Below, one piece after another: positions 11,801-23,300 of a stretch of 56,737 nt of DNA. Source of the stretch: Psammoneis japonica. Lineage: Eukaryota. Positions within the stretch are counted from its first letter, which is position 1. Each line of letters starts with the position of its first letter. Below the pieces are notes generated by a model that had not been told where the DNA came from, made no database searches, and saw only the letters and a program-made list of their open reading frames with translations. Location of the stretch: positions 615,598-672,334 of the forward strand of contig QPGO01000028.1 of NCBI GenBank assembly GCA_008632985.1. The letters are read 5' to 3'. The position numbers were made by a program, and so were the translations under genes.

Positions 11801-14502
11801 TTGACAAACTCTTTGTCCGTCTCAGTGCCGCAGACGTCAGTGACGGTAGACTCGGTGCCAACAAACAGTTGGGCGCTGGTGCAACCAGAGTCGACGGCCG
11901 GGGTGTCGGCACAAATGGTGTCAGTGGCGACAGGCTCGTTGCGGCGGTGCACATTAAGGGCGGGGTTGGGTGATTTGCAGGCCTTGCGAAGGTGTGTGCC
12001 GGCGGGCATGCGGGCGTACTGCGTGGTGCAGTCAAAAGTACGACGGACCGCATCGGTGGGTAAGAAGCCAAAGCAAGGCCGAAGAGACTCGAAGGGGGGG
12101 TCCTTGGGCTGTGCAGTGCGCTCCGGAGGTGGAACGTCGTCGCCCTGGGGGCCAATCGCATGCAGATGACACTCGTAGAACACGTCGTCGTTCGGAATGA
12201 GGTGATCATCGAGGGCGGACGCGTGATCGGCAGACAAGGAAGCGGACATGATGGTCTCGTTGACAACGACACGATGACGGCAGTTGCCGCATTCGTCAAA
12301 CAGGTTGGCAGTGGGATCGTCCTGCAGGTCAGAGATCGCATCGTGCCACTGGTCGTCGTCAGTGACAGAGTGATCGAGGACGGAAGGGTCCCATGTGTCA
12401 TCACCGGTGAGGATGACATGGGGCAGGGTGTCCCATTCGGCGTCAGTGTAAGGTCGCATGGCAACACAAGGCAGGCCAGCCTTGATGTCAATGGGGATGA
12501 CACAGCCATCAGGAGTGGCAATGCGTTGCAAGCCGTTGGGCACCTTGACAGAGCGATCGTTGACATCCTGTTTGCACCATTCGAGCTGGCCGCAGGAATG
12601 GATGGTCTTGCCCTTTCCCGTGCATGCGCACTGATGGAGGATGGCGATGACGGGACCACGCTGGGTCTCAACAACGGCACCAGCGGTGACAATGGGGATG
12701 TCCACCAATTGATGATTGTCAATGCCCTGAACGTCGACTTGGCGAGAGGTGCGTGCAATGACGCAAACGTCGTCGCCAGCAATGCCGCCGTTGGCCCCAC
12801 GATCGACTAGAGCACCAGTGCGTGTGGAGCGATGAGCAGAGGCAGAGTGAATGACATTGTGGTTGTCAACGCGGCGGCAAGTGCGGCCGTTGAGTTCCAT
12901 GTCATCTGCAGAAGCTGGCGGGGTAGAGGAAGCGGCGGATGGCCCCGGTTGACTGGCATTGTGGGCTTGGTTAGGAGACAACAGACGTTGCAGATCACCG
13001 GGTGGCAGTGGCTTGCGCTTGGTGAGGTGCGCCAGGATGGGATCATCCGAAGTGGCGTCCACATGTGGAGCGGAGTCACCAGAGTCAGCAGGAGTCGTGT
13101 TGGACAAGTTGACATCACCGTCACTCCCAAGGCGTTGGTCGTGAAGGTTGGCCGTAACAGACTCATGGCAGTCACTGGCTCGCGGGTTGCGGGGAGGTGG
13201 ACGACGAGAATGCTCAAGGATGATCGCCTTGGAGGAATCGGGCAACGAATCCCAGAGCTGTTGGTGGTCGGGAGGGAGACGTCTCCATTGGACACCGGTG
13301 AGGCTGGGACCGCGGGTGCAGGCAGCATTGGCCTGAAGGACGTCAACGTCGCTGTCAATGTCGCAGAACACATCGTCGGACGGTTCCTCGGAGTGGACGT
13401 CATGTGCGCACATGGCGCGTCGGGGAGCTCGAGGTGTTGTCTTGGGTTGAAACGTGCTGTCGTGCTGAGCTGCTGCGGAGAGGAGCAAGCCACAGCATTG
13501 ATTGCATGTGAGGCTCTTGCCACTCTGTGCACGATGCTGATCAGCTTGGTTCTTGACAGCACGGAGTTCCTCGACAGGGTGCACGGCATTCTCGAGCATG
13601 ACGCGCTTCTGTCCTTCAGAGAAGTGGTCACTGGCCGGGATGAGTGCCTCGCACTTGCGCAACTGATCTTGCCAATGAAGGATGAACCCGTGGGTCGGAC
13701 CTTTCCAAGTGCCATCACCAAGACGAGCGGTGGTCAGGTGCGTGAGCAGGGTGGAGGACTCGACAGATGCACGGGTGGAGGCAAGCGCGCACTCAGACAA
13801 GGAGCGGCAGACGGTCTGTGCGTCAGAAGACCCCACATTTTCGCGAATGAGAGCCTTGCCCTTGTCGGTGAGAAGGATGCGTTCGAAGACGGCGAACATG
13901 TGCTTTTGCTGTTCAGCAAAGAGCAGTTTGTCTTCGGGGCTGGTCGGTTTGTACGACGAGTCTAGAATGCACTCGACGTCTTGGGCACGGGCTTGTGCCA
14001 CAAGTGAGGTGTGCCAAGTGTGCCACTGCTTGTCGGATTTGAGAGCCGTGAAAGCGGTGGGATCACGCTTGATGCCTCGCTTGAAGTCCCGCACCGGGTC
14101 GCGTGCCTTGGTCGGGTTGGTGACATGTGGAGGTGCAAGGGGTGAGCTGCCGATGGACACAGAAGACATGTGGTCGGGGCTGAGGCGGCAGGCAAGGAAC
14201 TCGTCATGCATGAACAAAGAGGAGTCGTTGGCAACGTCAAGACCTTTGTGTGCTTTGACAATGCACAGACTGACCAGTGCTGCCAACATGTTCTTATAAC
14301 CACGGGGCAAAGGGATTGCATCAGTGCCGTTGTCGCACTCAAGCGAGTCGATTTGGGACGGCATGAACGTGAATGGTTCCTGATGCGAGTCCGTGCCGTC
14401 TTGGGCCAAAGCCAAACGAAGAGGACTCCCAGCACCTTGGGCAAGCACGGTTCCAACCACGTGCTCGAAACCATCGGTTTGTTGCTGACGAGTGAGAACC
14501 AT
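8830..14502 (-). CDS. Copia Gag-Pol polyprotein; frame open but hypermutated, probably non-functional
   Basis: Protease LVDRGANGG; integrase VATDT, LISDRA, SEPHQQHQNFAE; RT KARLVA and YVDD; RNase H DNKS and NPADILSK. Many normally conserved Tyr are Cys or His (DIGNAC, KALHGL, TATCGSE). Confidence 0.93.
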   Translation of the reverse strand: MVLTRQQQTDGFEHVVGTVLAQGAGSPLRLALAQDGTDSHQEPFTFMPSQIDSLECDNGTDAIPLPRGYKNMLAALVSLCIVKAHKGLDVANDSSLFMHDEFLACRLSPDHMSSVSIGSSPLAPPHVTNPTKARDPVRDFKRGIKRDPTAFTALKSDKQWHTWHTSLVAQARAQDVECILDSSYKPTSPEDKLLFAEQQKHMFAVFERILLTDKGKALIRENVGSSDAQTVCRSLSECALASTRASVESSTLLTHLTTARLGDGTWKGPTHGFILHWQDQLRKCEALIPASDHFSEGQKRVMLENAVHPVEELRAVKNQADQHRAQSGKSLTCNQCCGLLLSAAAQHDSTFQPKTTPRAPRRAMCAHDVHSEEPSDDVFCDIDSDVDVLQANAACTRGPSLTGVQWRRLPPDHQQLWDSLPDSSKAIILEHSRRPPPRNPRASDCHESVTANLHDQRLGSDGDVNLSNTTPADSGDSAPHVDATSDDPILAHLTKRKPLPPGDLQRLLSPNQAHNASQPGPSAASSTPPASADDMELNGRTCRRVDNHNVIHSASAHRSTRTGALVDRGANGGIAGDDVCVIARTSRQVDVQGIDNHQLVDIPIVTAGAVVETQRGPVIAILHQCACTGKGKTIHSCGQLEWCKQDVNDRSVKVPNGLQRIATPDGCVIPIDIKAGLPCVAMRPYTDAEWDTLPHVILTGDDTWDPSVLDHSVTDDDQWHDAISDLQDDPTANLFDECGNCRHRVVVNETIMSASLSADHASALDDHLIPNDDVFYECHLHAIGPQGDDVPPPERTAQPKDPPFESLRPCFGFLPTDAVRRTFDCTTQYARMPAGTHLRKACKSPNPALNVHRRNEPVATDTICADTPAVDSGCTSAQLFVGTESTVTDVCGTETDKEFVNTLEDQIRERGAPSKLISDRAQVEISNKVLGILRALFISSWQSEPHQQHQNFAECRHQTVKRMANTVMDRFGSPAHTWLLVLMCVCFMLNHAASPRLHWRTPLETLTGSTPDISPLLRFHWWEPVCFHLDDSDWPSESRELRGRFVGIAEHVGHQMTFKILSDETQKILRRSNVRSATPDPAARNLRLDPPDGEPPEPIIKSRHDDNPVDSPDGEIRTPKMPVFDPQDIIGRTFLMQPQEDGQRHRARIVKAVEDHEWKVNGNPELTEFVCSVNNDEYEEVLACNDIMNHIEQEDEDATVWKFRRIVSHEGPLKPHDPTWKGSSYNIMLEWESGEITSEPLAIIAKDDPVTCAIYARENGLLDTDGWKRFRTIARRQKKLFRMANQAKLRSFRTAPRCKHGCEVPRNYEHAMSLDERNGNRKWGDTTNLEMDQLDECEVFHDCGPFKSSTPPAGHKKIRVHPVYDVKHDGRHKARLVADRHLTDAPVDSVHSGAVSLRGLRLMIFLAELNELETWATDIGNACLEATTKEKLYIVAGPEFGKLEGHILVIHKALHGLRSSGLRWHERFADCLRAEGFFPCRAEPDIWMRRNGDHCGCIAVYVDDLAIAMKDPQSFVDTLTENHKFKLKGAGPIEFHLGCDFSREPDGTLCLSPRKYIERMVDSHARLFGEKPATNTLSPLEKGDHPELDTSELLGPDGIHKFQSLVGSLQWAVSLGRIDIATAIMSLSSFRAAPRQGHLDRAKRVCGCLSKMRHGALCVRTEEPDCSDLPAPAHEWMHSVCGEAEEMIPKDAPPPLGKFVTATHCVDANLHHCMLTGRSVMGMLHFLNKFPADWFSKKQATVETATCGSEFVAARTCVEQIVDLRITLRCLGVPIRNIGYMFGDNKSVVDSATIPHSKLHKRHTTPSFHRVREAIASGHLEFHFIEGSRNPADILSKHWGHSQIWDLLRPLMFWNFIPSEVESVSVAPQANWGVTGFEQDLDAHEASRTV

Positions 14503-15443
14503 GGTGGACAAAAGTGGTGTCAGGACAGTCAATTCTGGTTGGGAAGAGAAGGTAGACTCGAAACTTGGGTGAGAGTGGACTTGACTTGAAATGGACTTGA
14601 CTTGAAATCTTGAACCATCTTAAAATCAGAAGTCGCCGGGCTTTGTCATCCCGTTCGTTGTCAAGTGCTAAACTTCCCATCCGGTCCGTAGAGTTGTGCC
14701 GGCACGTCCGAACCCGCAGCTGGCGGCGCTTTGGGTTGCTTGCGAGCGGAGCAGCGGGTTGTAAACCCCTGCAGGCAAGCTGACCAGAGGTGGACAAGAC
14801 CCCCGAACCGTTCTTATTTTGTGTCGGTTGGATTTCCCGATCAGGCTGGCCAGTTGACGCTGGCGTCAGGCGCTGTGGACGAACGAACAAACGTGGGAAA
14901 GCACCCTCGCCCCAACGCAGGCTGCAATCACGGCTGCTTGCTCTCACAGTTGTCCTCGTGGACCTAGCAGAACTGTAGAGCACCAGCAGTCCGGGGTAGA
15001 TCAGGTACAATGGACTCGGTGTGCCTGTAGAGTGGTGGCAAAACCGCAGTCCGAAGAGTGGGTACAGGTTCTTGGCCGTGAAGATATGTATATATATATA
15101 TATGTCTTCAGCGACGAAGATCCTTGAATATGTAGGGTTCTTGACCGTTAACCGATGAATGGGTATATCAAGGGATGAGGATCAAGGATAGACTTGGATA
15201 TGACCGTTGAATGTATGTCTTCAGCGGTCAAAGGTAGTATAATCAATCCAGATATCCAGCGGTAAGGAGACTTGACGGTGACGTTAACTTCCTGCCGATG
15301 CCCTGGTGTCGAATGCGCGTAGACTTGCCGATGTATGTAGAACATATACGGAGGTCCACGTAGAATTGAAATAGCGTCGTTGGTAAATCAACGACGACGA
15401 TGGCGGTTGCTCAATGGGTTGACAATGAGCAAGACTGTTAATC

Positions 15444-15719
15444 TGACAGAAATTGAAGGCAAATGGCAAGAATTCAAACAATAACTCCTTGCTGCTGTCT
15501 AAACAGCAGATGAGTCTCCGCTCAGAGACCGTTGCAGGAGCCGAAAGACGTGTGAGTCGGTACAATCGGGCCACTGTTGCCACTCTTGTGAGCCTTGTGG
15601 CTCGAAAGCAAACTACATCGCGCGTGAACGCGCGGAACTAAAGCACACAAAACTGTGCGCGGTAAACTAAACAGCGCGCGATGCTTCGCGCGCATCCAAA
15701 TCCTGTTCAAATCCTGTCA
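15444..15719 (-). repeat. 5' LTR of family A copy 1
   Basis: Direct repeat of 8607-8882 and inverted match to 54535-54810. Confidence 0.95.
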
Positions 15720-16788
15720 TGTGCGGCGCTGTGCTGTGAGAGATCTTTCTGCTGGTGTGGTCATCTGTGAGGACACACAAGCCACACCCACGCTGTTTGC
15801 ACTTTCCAACTAGATTGTTTTCCTTTGTGCTGGACACAAGCTCTCATGATCTGGTGTTCCTCCCTTGGTTCTCCACAGCAGCTGCTGGTGGTGGCAGCAT
15901 GTGCAACCTGATGAGTCAGCCTCCAGTGCAGAAGAAACTTGACAGTTTCAAAAAAAAAGAAGCTCAGCCAGGTGGGGGGCATTGAGTGGTGGATGGATGG
16001 CATGTGGGAGGTGGTGGGGGTGTTCTCAATGCTGGCAGTTGTTGCAGTGCCAGCAGGTGCAAATTTGGGCAGCTGCCGAACACAGATCCCCGCGCAATTG
16101 TTTTGGGGCTCCTGGATGAGAAACCTCCTTGGGTGGAAGAGTGCTTGATGTGATTTTGTCAGTGATGAGGTCACTGCTCCTGTGCATGACCCTGCACCAC
16201 TTGGAGCAGCGGGTGCATCTCACAGCCAAGTTTTGCAATTTTTCTTTTGGGCTTGTTGTGAGCAAAAACAAGTGCGCCACAACGAGCAACTTGCACGCGC
16301 CTCTCTCCTTCCTTGTTGGTGCTGTTGCAGATTGCAAATCTGTGGCACTTTCACCCTTTTTGCCTCACTGCCCCCCACCTGACCCATCATGTCAGCCAAG
16401 AACTGTCCTTTCCAGCTTGTCCGTGGCGGGAGGGAAGGGTCGGCAAGCAACCCGCAAAGAGAGAGAGGTTGCCGTGCTGCTGCTGCCCTCGCTTCTTCCA
16501 TTGATCCAGATGGAAACAAATCATCTTCAGTTGAAGTTATAAAGTTATGTTCTGTGGACCCTGAAACGAAAACGTTCTTGCTCTCATTCAGTGTCAACTC
16601 TTTCCTTCAAAGAGACTGAAGTTTGGGCCATCAAAAACAAAAGATTTCATTGAAGTCGTGTGAGTCGACTCGAATGACTCCGACTCACAGGACTAACCAA
16701 CGACGTCGCCGAGTTCCAAGTTATTTCGCTTTGACGCATAAAGAAGCCATGACAGTGACAGCGGTGCGCATCCCGTTTTTGTTTCACC

Positions 16789-18356
16789 ATGGCTAAAAAT
16801 AACAGCACTGCCAACGCGGCCACTAGTCCTACGTCGGGAGGAGAAGAAGAATTTCATACAGGCCGCAACATAACGTTGGAAACAAATCAAGCGCAGGAAA
16901 ACGAAGAAGAACAACCACAAGAAGAAATCAAGTTGTATAAGTCGACTCGTCTCAAGGGTTACTTTACACTCTGTCTGGCCAGTTCCCTGAATTATGTGGC
17001 TGCCTATCAAAGCAACGACGTCATTTTAGCCAATGCTGTGCCCGCCACTACGTCTCAACGCCGCTATGCTCAAGCCGCGAGTATGGTGTCGATTTTGCTC
17101 TCCTTCTTTGCCGTGTTGGTGCATCTAGATCGCTATTCTCCGCTGCAACGCATATGGATCAAGGCGTTTCGACCCAAAGCCTTGTTTGAGTTATGCTTTG
17201 TTTTGGTGCTTTGTGTGTGGTGGTGTGTCGCGACGTAAGTAGTCTCTCCCCGCTGGCGTTCGGTAACGGAGCCTATTGTAACAGTTGAATGCGTTGCCTT
17301 CTTCTCTGGTATTCTTGTCTTCCTCACTTTTTATTCTGCATTGGCTTTTTTTATAAAGGTGGGTGCAAACGTCCGTTGAAGGCATTGCTGGAGACGGCAA
17401 GGGGCAATTCAATCTGTACTTTAGCACGTGGGCGTGTTTTCTCACCAGTGTATGGACCCTGGATCGATGGCTTGTGGCCAAGGGCATGTCGTCCTTCAAA
17501 GCGTTCCTGGCGAGTTGGCCGAATCGAGCACCTGGATGTAAGTTCTCGTTTGACTCGAACACTCTTGCCCATTTCTAAAAAGTCTCACAAGGATTCTGCC
17601 TCTATTGCATCATTAGGGATTGCGATTTTCATCTTTTCCTTTGCCTGTTTCTTATCCGTGTTGGATCTCTTTCTGAATTGGGAAGACGCCAGTAAGCAGT
17701 CACAGGAAGCCTTGGTGATTCGAGATATTTATGAAGACGTTCCAAGCAGCCAATGGAATTGGCTGTTAACGTCGAGTGCCTTGACTCTCCCGTTTGCCGC
17801 CGCCTTTGTCTTGGTGGAGCTCTTTCGCAAGAATGCCGGTGGCGACCAACACGGCAAGACAGAAGTGGAGATTATTGTCGAGGGCGCCGTGTTGGGCATC
17901 CTTGTCTTGTTTTGGAGTGCTTCCGTCATTGTCGCCACCACACCAGGAGGTGCTTGCAGTCAAGTGGGCAACGCGTACTTTTTCACGTGGCTGTCCACCA
18001 TCTTTGTCATTGAAACGTCAGTCTGGTGGATTCATGATTGGAGAAAGAGCATCCATCAAAAGATTCAAGAGCAAGAAGACGAATACAAGAAGATTCAAGA
18101 AGAGGTCCTGTCAAAAGCTCATGGCGATAAGGATGAAGGCACGAAAAAGAAAGCTGTAGCTCCAACACCAAGCGCACCGCAGGAATCTCCGCCAGAAGAA
18201 GCAGACAAGCAAGTCAAATTTGCAGCGTCGCGGGATGAGAAAGATGTTGTTGTGGATGTACCGTCGGACGATGAGGATTCTGATTCGTCGGAAGAGGAAG
18301 ATGACAAAGAAGAGGACGATTATGAAGGTGTCATTCCAGATGTTATTGGGACTTAG
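16789..18356 (+). CDS. Spliced multi-pass membrane protein with acidic C-terminal tail
   Basis: Exons ~16789-17234, ~17359-17537 and ~17617-18356 with GTAAGT donors. Internally repeated N-x-YF-x-TW helices (NLYFSTW, NAYFFTW). Confidence 0.8.
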
Positions 18357-19056
18357 GGTAATGTCATGCTACATTTAAGCGTTGTTGCAAGACCAAATTG
18401 CATGCAAGTGTACTTAACCTTCCACTGCGATTGCATCGATAGAAAATCTGTCGGAAGGAAAAGAATTAACAACGGTGCGAACCGCCATCAACAATGAATT
18501 ACCGCAAGAGCAGACTATTTCAAATAATTAGGCCATCGACTTTGTCACGACTTACAGTAGCATTAGATGTCCCGCATCTTCGGGGTTTGGGACTAGCCAC
18601 TTTCAGAATGACAGAATTCGCAAGCGGTCTTTGCATATGAAATAGCATTTAATAGTTTCTACAAATTGCGAAGTGCTTCATCATTACCGTATTTACAATG
18701 TCTCGGGAAAGCACATGCAGTCTCAACCATTTTTTTTCTGAGATCACTCCTGGTTTTTGGAGCACCAACAAATGACGGGGTTTCGTCTCCTGATTGGAGG
18801 CCAAGAAGCACTACTCGGTGGCAAAATCAAAAAGAGAACAGATAGTTGGAATACGAACAGAAAGACTGTGATACTAATACATGCATATCAGACTAGTATT
18901 ACTGGAGAACTGAAATGGATGCTCTGCTGCTAAAGTCAAGCGAGAAGCATTATCGTGCAGAGAGGAAATAGGTATCCTATGCATTCCTCGACGATAAATA
19001 GACTGTGTTAGGATTAGATGAACGTGACTCTGACGATGCTGGACTACCCAGTGCTG

Positions 19057-20359
19057 TTAAGAAACGGATAATACTGTGTCCCTGTGATTGTACGTCGTGA
19101 AGCCGCTGAAGTAATAGCGCTCGAACCAAATGTATTCCTTGGACCCAGAGCCGCAAACAGTCTCCCACTCATCCTGAATAGTTGGAGGGATGTCAAACGT
19201 AAGCTCCAGTTGCTTAAATGGCCCTTGAGGAGGAGTGACAATGCTGGCACCGTAATTCAAACGACACACATGACCACCCTCCACATTCTCAAACTCTTGA
19301 ACCCACATGTCACCACAATCCGCGCCCACGTTTTCCCCGTCAATGGAAATTAAACAAGACGTTGAGACGGAATCACCAATGCCGAAATCGCCAATGCCAC
19401 CGCCTGTAATATCTGACTCGTAATCAATGGATACAATGGTAGCATCTATTTCAAAGGTGCCAGTGGCACTAATGCGTAAAATCCCAGATGCTCTGTATAC
19501 CATGGTGATGGAGTTAGGCAATCCATCCCAGGTCTTTGAAGGGCCATCAAACTGAATGAGATATTCGTCGCCAGGTTCTCGGGGTTCACAGACAAAAGTA
19601 TCAGTTTCCACGATATAGTGCTGATAGTCACAAACGCCACCAGATGGGACAATAGTCCTGAGTGAAACTGTGTTGTTGAAAAGGGGAACACTAGTGGGAA
19701 TAGACCCAGGAGTAGTAGGTGTTGGAGGAGAAGTAGAAAGAGTTGTCGGAAGTGGCGTAGTAGCCTTGTCGACTTCGCTACCGCTACTACCGGATACTGT
19801 AATTGAAATTGTCGCGGCAACTACAGCAACTACCACCACAACCAGCACAACGCCAAGCACAATCAAACAACGCCGTTTCCTGGTTCTGTCTTGAACCTCG
19901 GGCATGGGCGAGAGGTGCGGACTGGTGACGAAGACGAACGTTCTCTTCTTCCAGAAGAGCAACTTGCTCCTGGGCATAAGCCAGAGCCTTGGCTGTCTGT
20001 GCAAGCTGAGCTTCCACCAGGACAGTCCGGTCGTCTGGAGGTGGTGGCATATAATCCGATCGAACAGTCTCCATCTCGGAGATTGCAGAATAGACATCAT
20101 CGTCACCACCACGGCGAACTTCCCTTTCTTGATTCACTGCGAAAGCGCCAGTGACTGCTGATGTAGTTTTTGGTTCGGCATCTCCGACCTCTTCTTCTTC
20201 CACGTGTATTGTCACAGCTTCTTTGTTTTGTTCGCGGTGATGCCCACGCCATTTCTTCTTTGTGAGATAAGCATGATTTGGATTGGATTCTCCTTGTTCT
20301 TGTACTGCTGCTACTTCGCCACGCCTGTAACACATGTCATCATCATCCATTTCAGCCAA
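19057..20359 (-). CDS. Single-pass (type II) membrane protein with Thr/Pro-rich stalk; 5' end probably further upstream (to ~20780)
   Basis: ORFs 19787-20359 and 19057-20112 join by a 1-nt frame correction near 19900. GAFAV motif, coiled coil, RKRR followed by a Val-rich TM helix, then TSPPTPTTP. Confidence 0.65.
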
Positions 20360-23300
20360 CTGCTTGTGTCGACTTTTCGAAATTGCTCTGTTCTTCTTCT
20401 TCTCGTCATGCCCCGATTCTTTTCAACAGAAGGATCATCTGGTGACACTTGCTTCTCTCTGTCTGTGAACCAAGGAGCATCAGTAGGATAATCTACCCAA
20501 CCGACAGAGGTCGAAAGCTCTGGGTCCTCATTGCTGCCCTTGTTAATCTGCTCTCGTCCCATCGACATCTAGGTGAATGTAACAAACTGTTAGCCCTTCG
20601 CAATGTATTGACATGAGAAACTGTGAGTTGCACTGGATGACTGATGACTGATGCTTGCCTTATGTTTGTTCGACGCTTGCGTTTCTGCTTCTTCATCCAC
20701 CTTTTTACCATTGCTTTGTTCGCTGTTGCGCACATGGCTTCCATGCGTTTCACCGTTGTCGTGCTCAGTGGGATTCATCATGGTTTTGGAAGTTTGACGC
20801 GATGATGCTATCATGAGTTTCGGAAATGCGAAATTGAAAATGCGACAGGACCAAGTATGTCTCAGACGTAGGATCCTACGCATCCGCGATCTCTGTCTTG
20901 TGAGTGAAAACGAGAACTCTGGGGCGGGAGAGTGCCTTGTCGGACGGTCTCCATCTTCTTCCGTACCACTTACAGACCTCCCAGTTGGGAGTTGACGGTC
21001 TCGTGCTTTCTCGTCAACAAGATGTAGATCAGCTTTTCTCGTTTCCATCACGGACGCGAAATTTGTGCAACTTTCATGTAACACCTCTTGGCGTTTTTGA
21101 ATCTTTTGCGTGTTGTCTCGTTGGTTGTTAGATGTTCAGTCGTGATGCGATTGATCTGCTGCGTTCCCACACTGACGCTGTGTGGCACCTGTTGGCCCTC
21201 AAATGCCCCTGGTGTTGTGTTTGCAGCTTTTGTTTTTTGTTGCACAGATGTTCAAGGTTCAATGAGGATCCCTTCATTGTGGGAGCTTGAGAAAGGTTGA
21301 GTTCATTGGATGTGGACCCAACTGGTGTGCCCATCCACTTTGCGCGGAAAATCAAAAAAGAGTGTGTGCTTGGATGTTCTTTCCCTGGTCGATCTTGGAG
21401 ACCCAACAAAACAAGGGAATCTCTTGGTTGCAAATCTTGTCATGGTGTCCTGTTAATGCCATTGCACTGGAAACAAAGCTGCTGACCCCACGCTGTCTTG
21501 AACCAACATTGCTGCCCCCCCAGACACCGCCGCTTTGTTTGGAAAAAAGTTGGCTGGCCCTGCCTGTTTTAATGCCATTGTGGAAACCATTGGAGAGGGC
21601 ACTGAAGTTGGCCAATCTGCCCAAAGTGTGCCAGCTTCCCCCATGAAGCAAGTGCACTTCTCACCAAAGCATCAGAAAAGAGTTTCCAAACAACAACTTT
21701 TGGACAACTTCCAAGTGATTTCTGACACAACCCTCCTGTTCTCCGTGCCGGTGCACCCCAGAATCCAAAAACATTCACCAAAAAGAAAGCAAACCCAGAC
21801 CACAGCTTCTGATCAAAAGGCCAGTGCTGCAGCTGAGAAGTCCAGTCAAGCATGCTGGCAAGAACATTTGAGCTCCATGGACCATTCTTGTTCAGAACCT
21901 GGATTTTTCTGTCCCTGTTGATGCTGCAAATGGCGCTTCCATTGTGGTGCTGCCAACTGGGTCCTTGCAGATCCTGACACCAAAAATCTCAGGTGCTTCA
22001 CCTCAAACAACACTGCACCAACATGTCAAAACATTGCACTTTGTCTCAACCTGACCCAGGCAACCTGGAAGTGATGCAACACAAAGCACTGCAAATTGCT
22101 CCAGGAGGAGCAAGATGCTTGAGTGCCACATCAATGTTTTCTGTCATTTCTGTGCCAATTTCCAGCAACTGCAGTGCAAATTGTTCACTTTGTCAGAGCC
22201 AACAACTTTTTTTTGAAAACCCAGATGGGTGATGGAGAGTCAATGCAATGGCATCATCACTCCATTTGATCAATGGCAGCTCTCACAGCCAATGCACAGT
22301 TGTCAACGTGGCTGGGAGTCCTCGTCCAATGTGTTGACAAGACCATTGAAACCTCAAGTTGGCTGTTGGACTTGGAAATCATTGCAAAAGCTTGTTGACC
22401 ATGCCAGAGAGAGCACTCAATTGTGTTGAGCACTTCTGGCAGATGGTGGATGGCATTGCAAAGCAAAGCTGCAAGTGCAAAGACTTGTTGTTTGGCTCTT
22501 TTGGGTGCTCTTGAACACCTCCTTGGGCTGGTGCATTGGGTGCAACAGAGCTCATGGGACCCTTGGCTGGGGGCATTGCATCCCAAAGTTTTTTTCAGTG
22601 GCATGTCCAGGAGATGATCAAAGACTCTGCTGTCTCCTGCTGTTCCTGATGTGGCAGAGCAATGCCTCTTGGTGACAAGAAGACAGGATGAGTGGCATCA
22701 GAAGCCACTTGTTGCTCAAGTTTGTGTCACAAAAGGTTGTTTGCAGTGATGCACCCCCATGATGAGATTGGTGCTGATGAGTGCCAAGTTGGGCAGAACA
22801 ACCACATGGTTGACCGCTCCAGCTTGGAACTTGGAATTGGAGTTTGCAGCTCTCTAAGATGTTGGACAACAGCAATGGCACTGAGGACAGAATGGGTGAT
22901 TGTTGCTTTTTGATTTGTGATTGGGGTCAATTGGAAGTTTCAAACAGAGTCACAGATGATGGTGTTTTGAGTCTCAAGTGGCGGTGCAGTTTGGTCATGA
23001 TCCATGACCAAGTGAACCATGGCCGCTCAACAACCCATTAGAGTTTGCCTGCATTGTTGAGCCATTGCAGCATTCAAAGTGATTTCAAGATCATCATCTT
23101 TCCAGGTCATGCCAAGGGTTGTGATGACTGCCCCATCATTTTGCTCCGGCAGTGTCAAACACCAACCTTTTTGTCATCGTGACCCCAACAGCCCTTCTTC
23201 ACCCACACCACAACAAGTGCAAAAAATTCCATGCACAAGCTTTGGAGCTGGGTGCAGAGCTTGTGACAAGACAAACATGCCACATGTGAGAAATCAACTG

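Larger units (their letters stand above)
8607..15719 (-). mobile_element. Full-length Ty1/copia LTR retrotransposon (CoDi-like), family A copy 1
   Basis: 276-bp TG...CA LTRs, 5-bp TSD TGTGC (8602-8606 and 15720-15724), short purine tract next to the 3' LTR, single gag-pol ORF in PR-IN-RT-RH order. Confidence 0.97.
6420..16500. other. TpA-depleted hypermutated domain 1 (degraded DNA plus a copia element); boundaries approximate
   Basis: TA is rare and TG/CA abundant by inspection, apart from the 7667-8232 MITE and a patch at ~14960-15443. Confidence 0.8.

Noticed and set aside
9115..14589. Long + strand ORFs antisense to gag-pol (e.g. 12832-13965, 9811-10563)
   Set aside because: Shadow frames, lengthened by loss of TAA/TAG. 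No recognisable domains.
15420..15443. tRNA primer-binding sites next to the 5' LTRs (also 32335-32353)
   Set aside because: No TGG-starting tRNA complement is visible. It cannot be assigned without a tRNA search.
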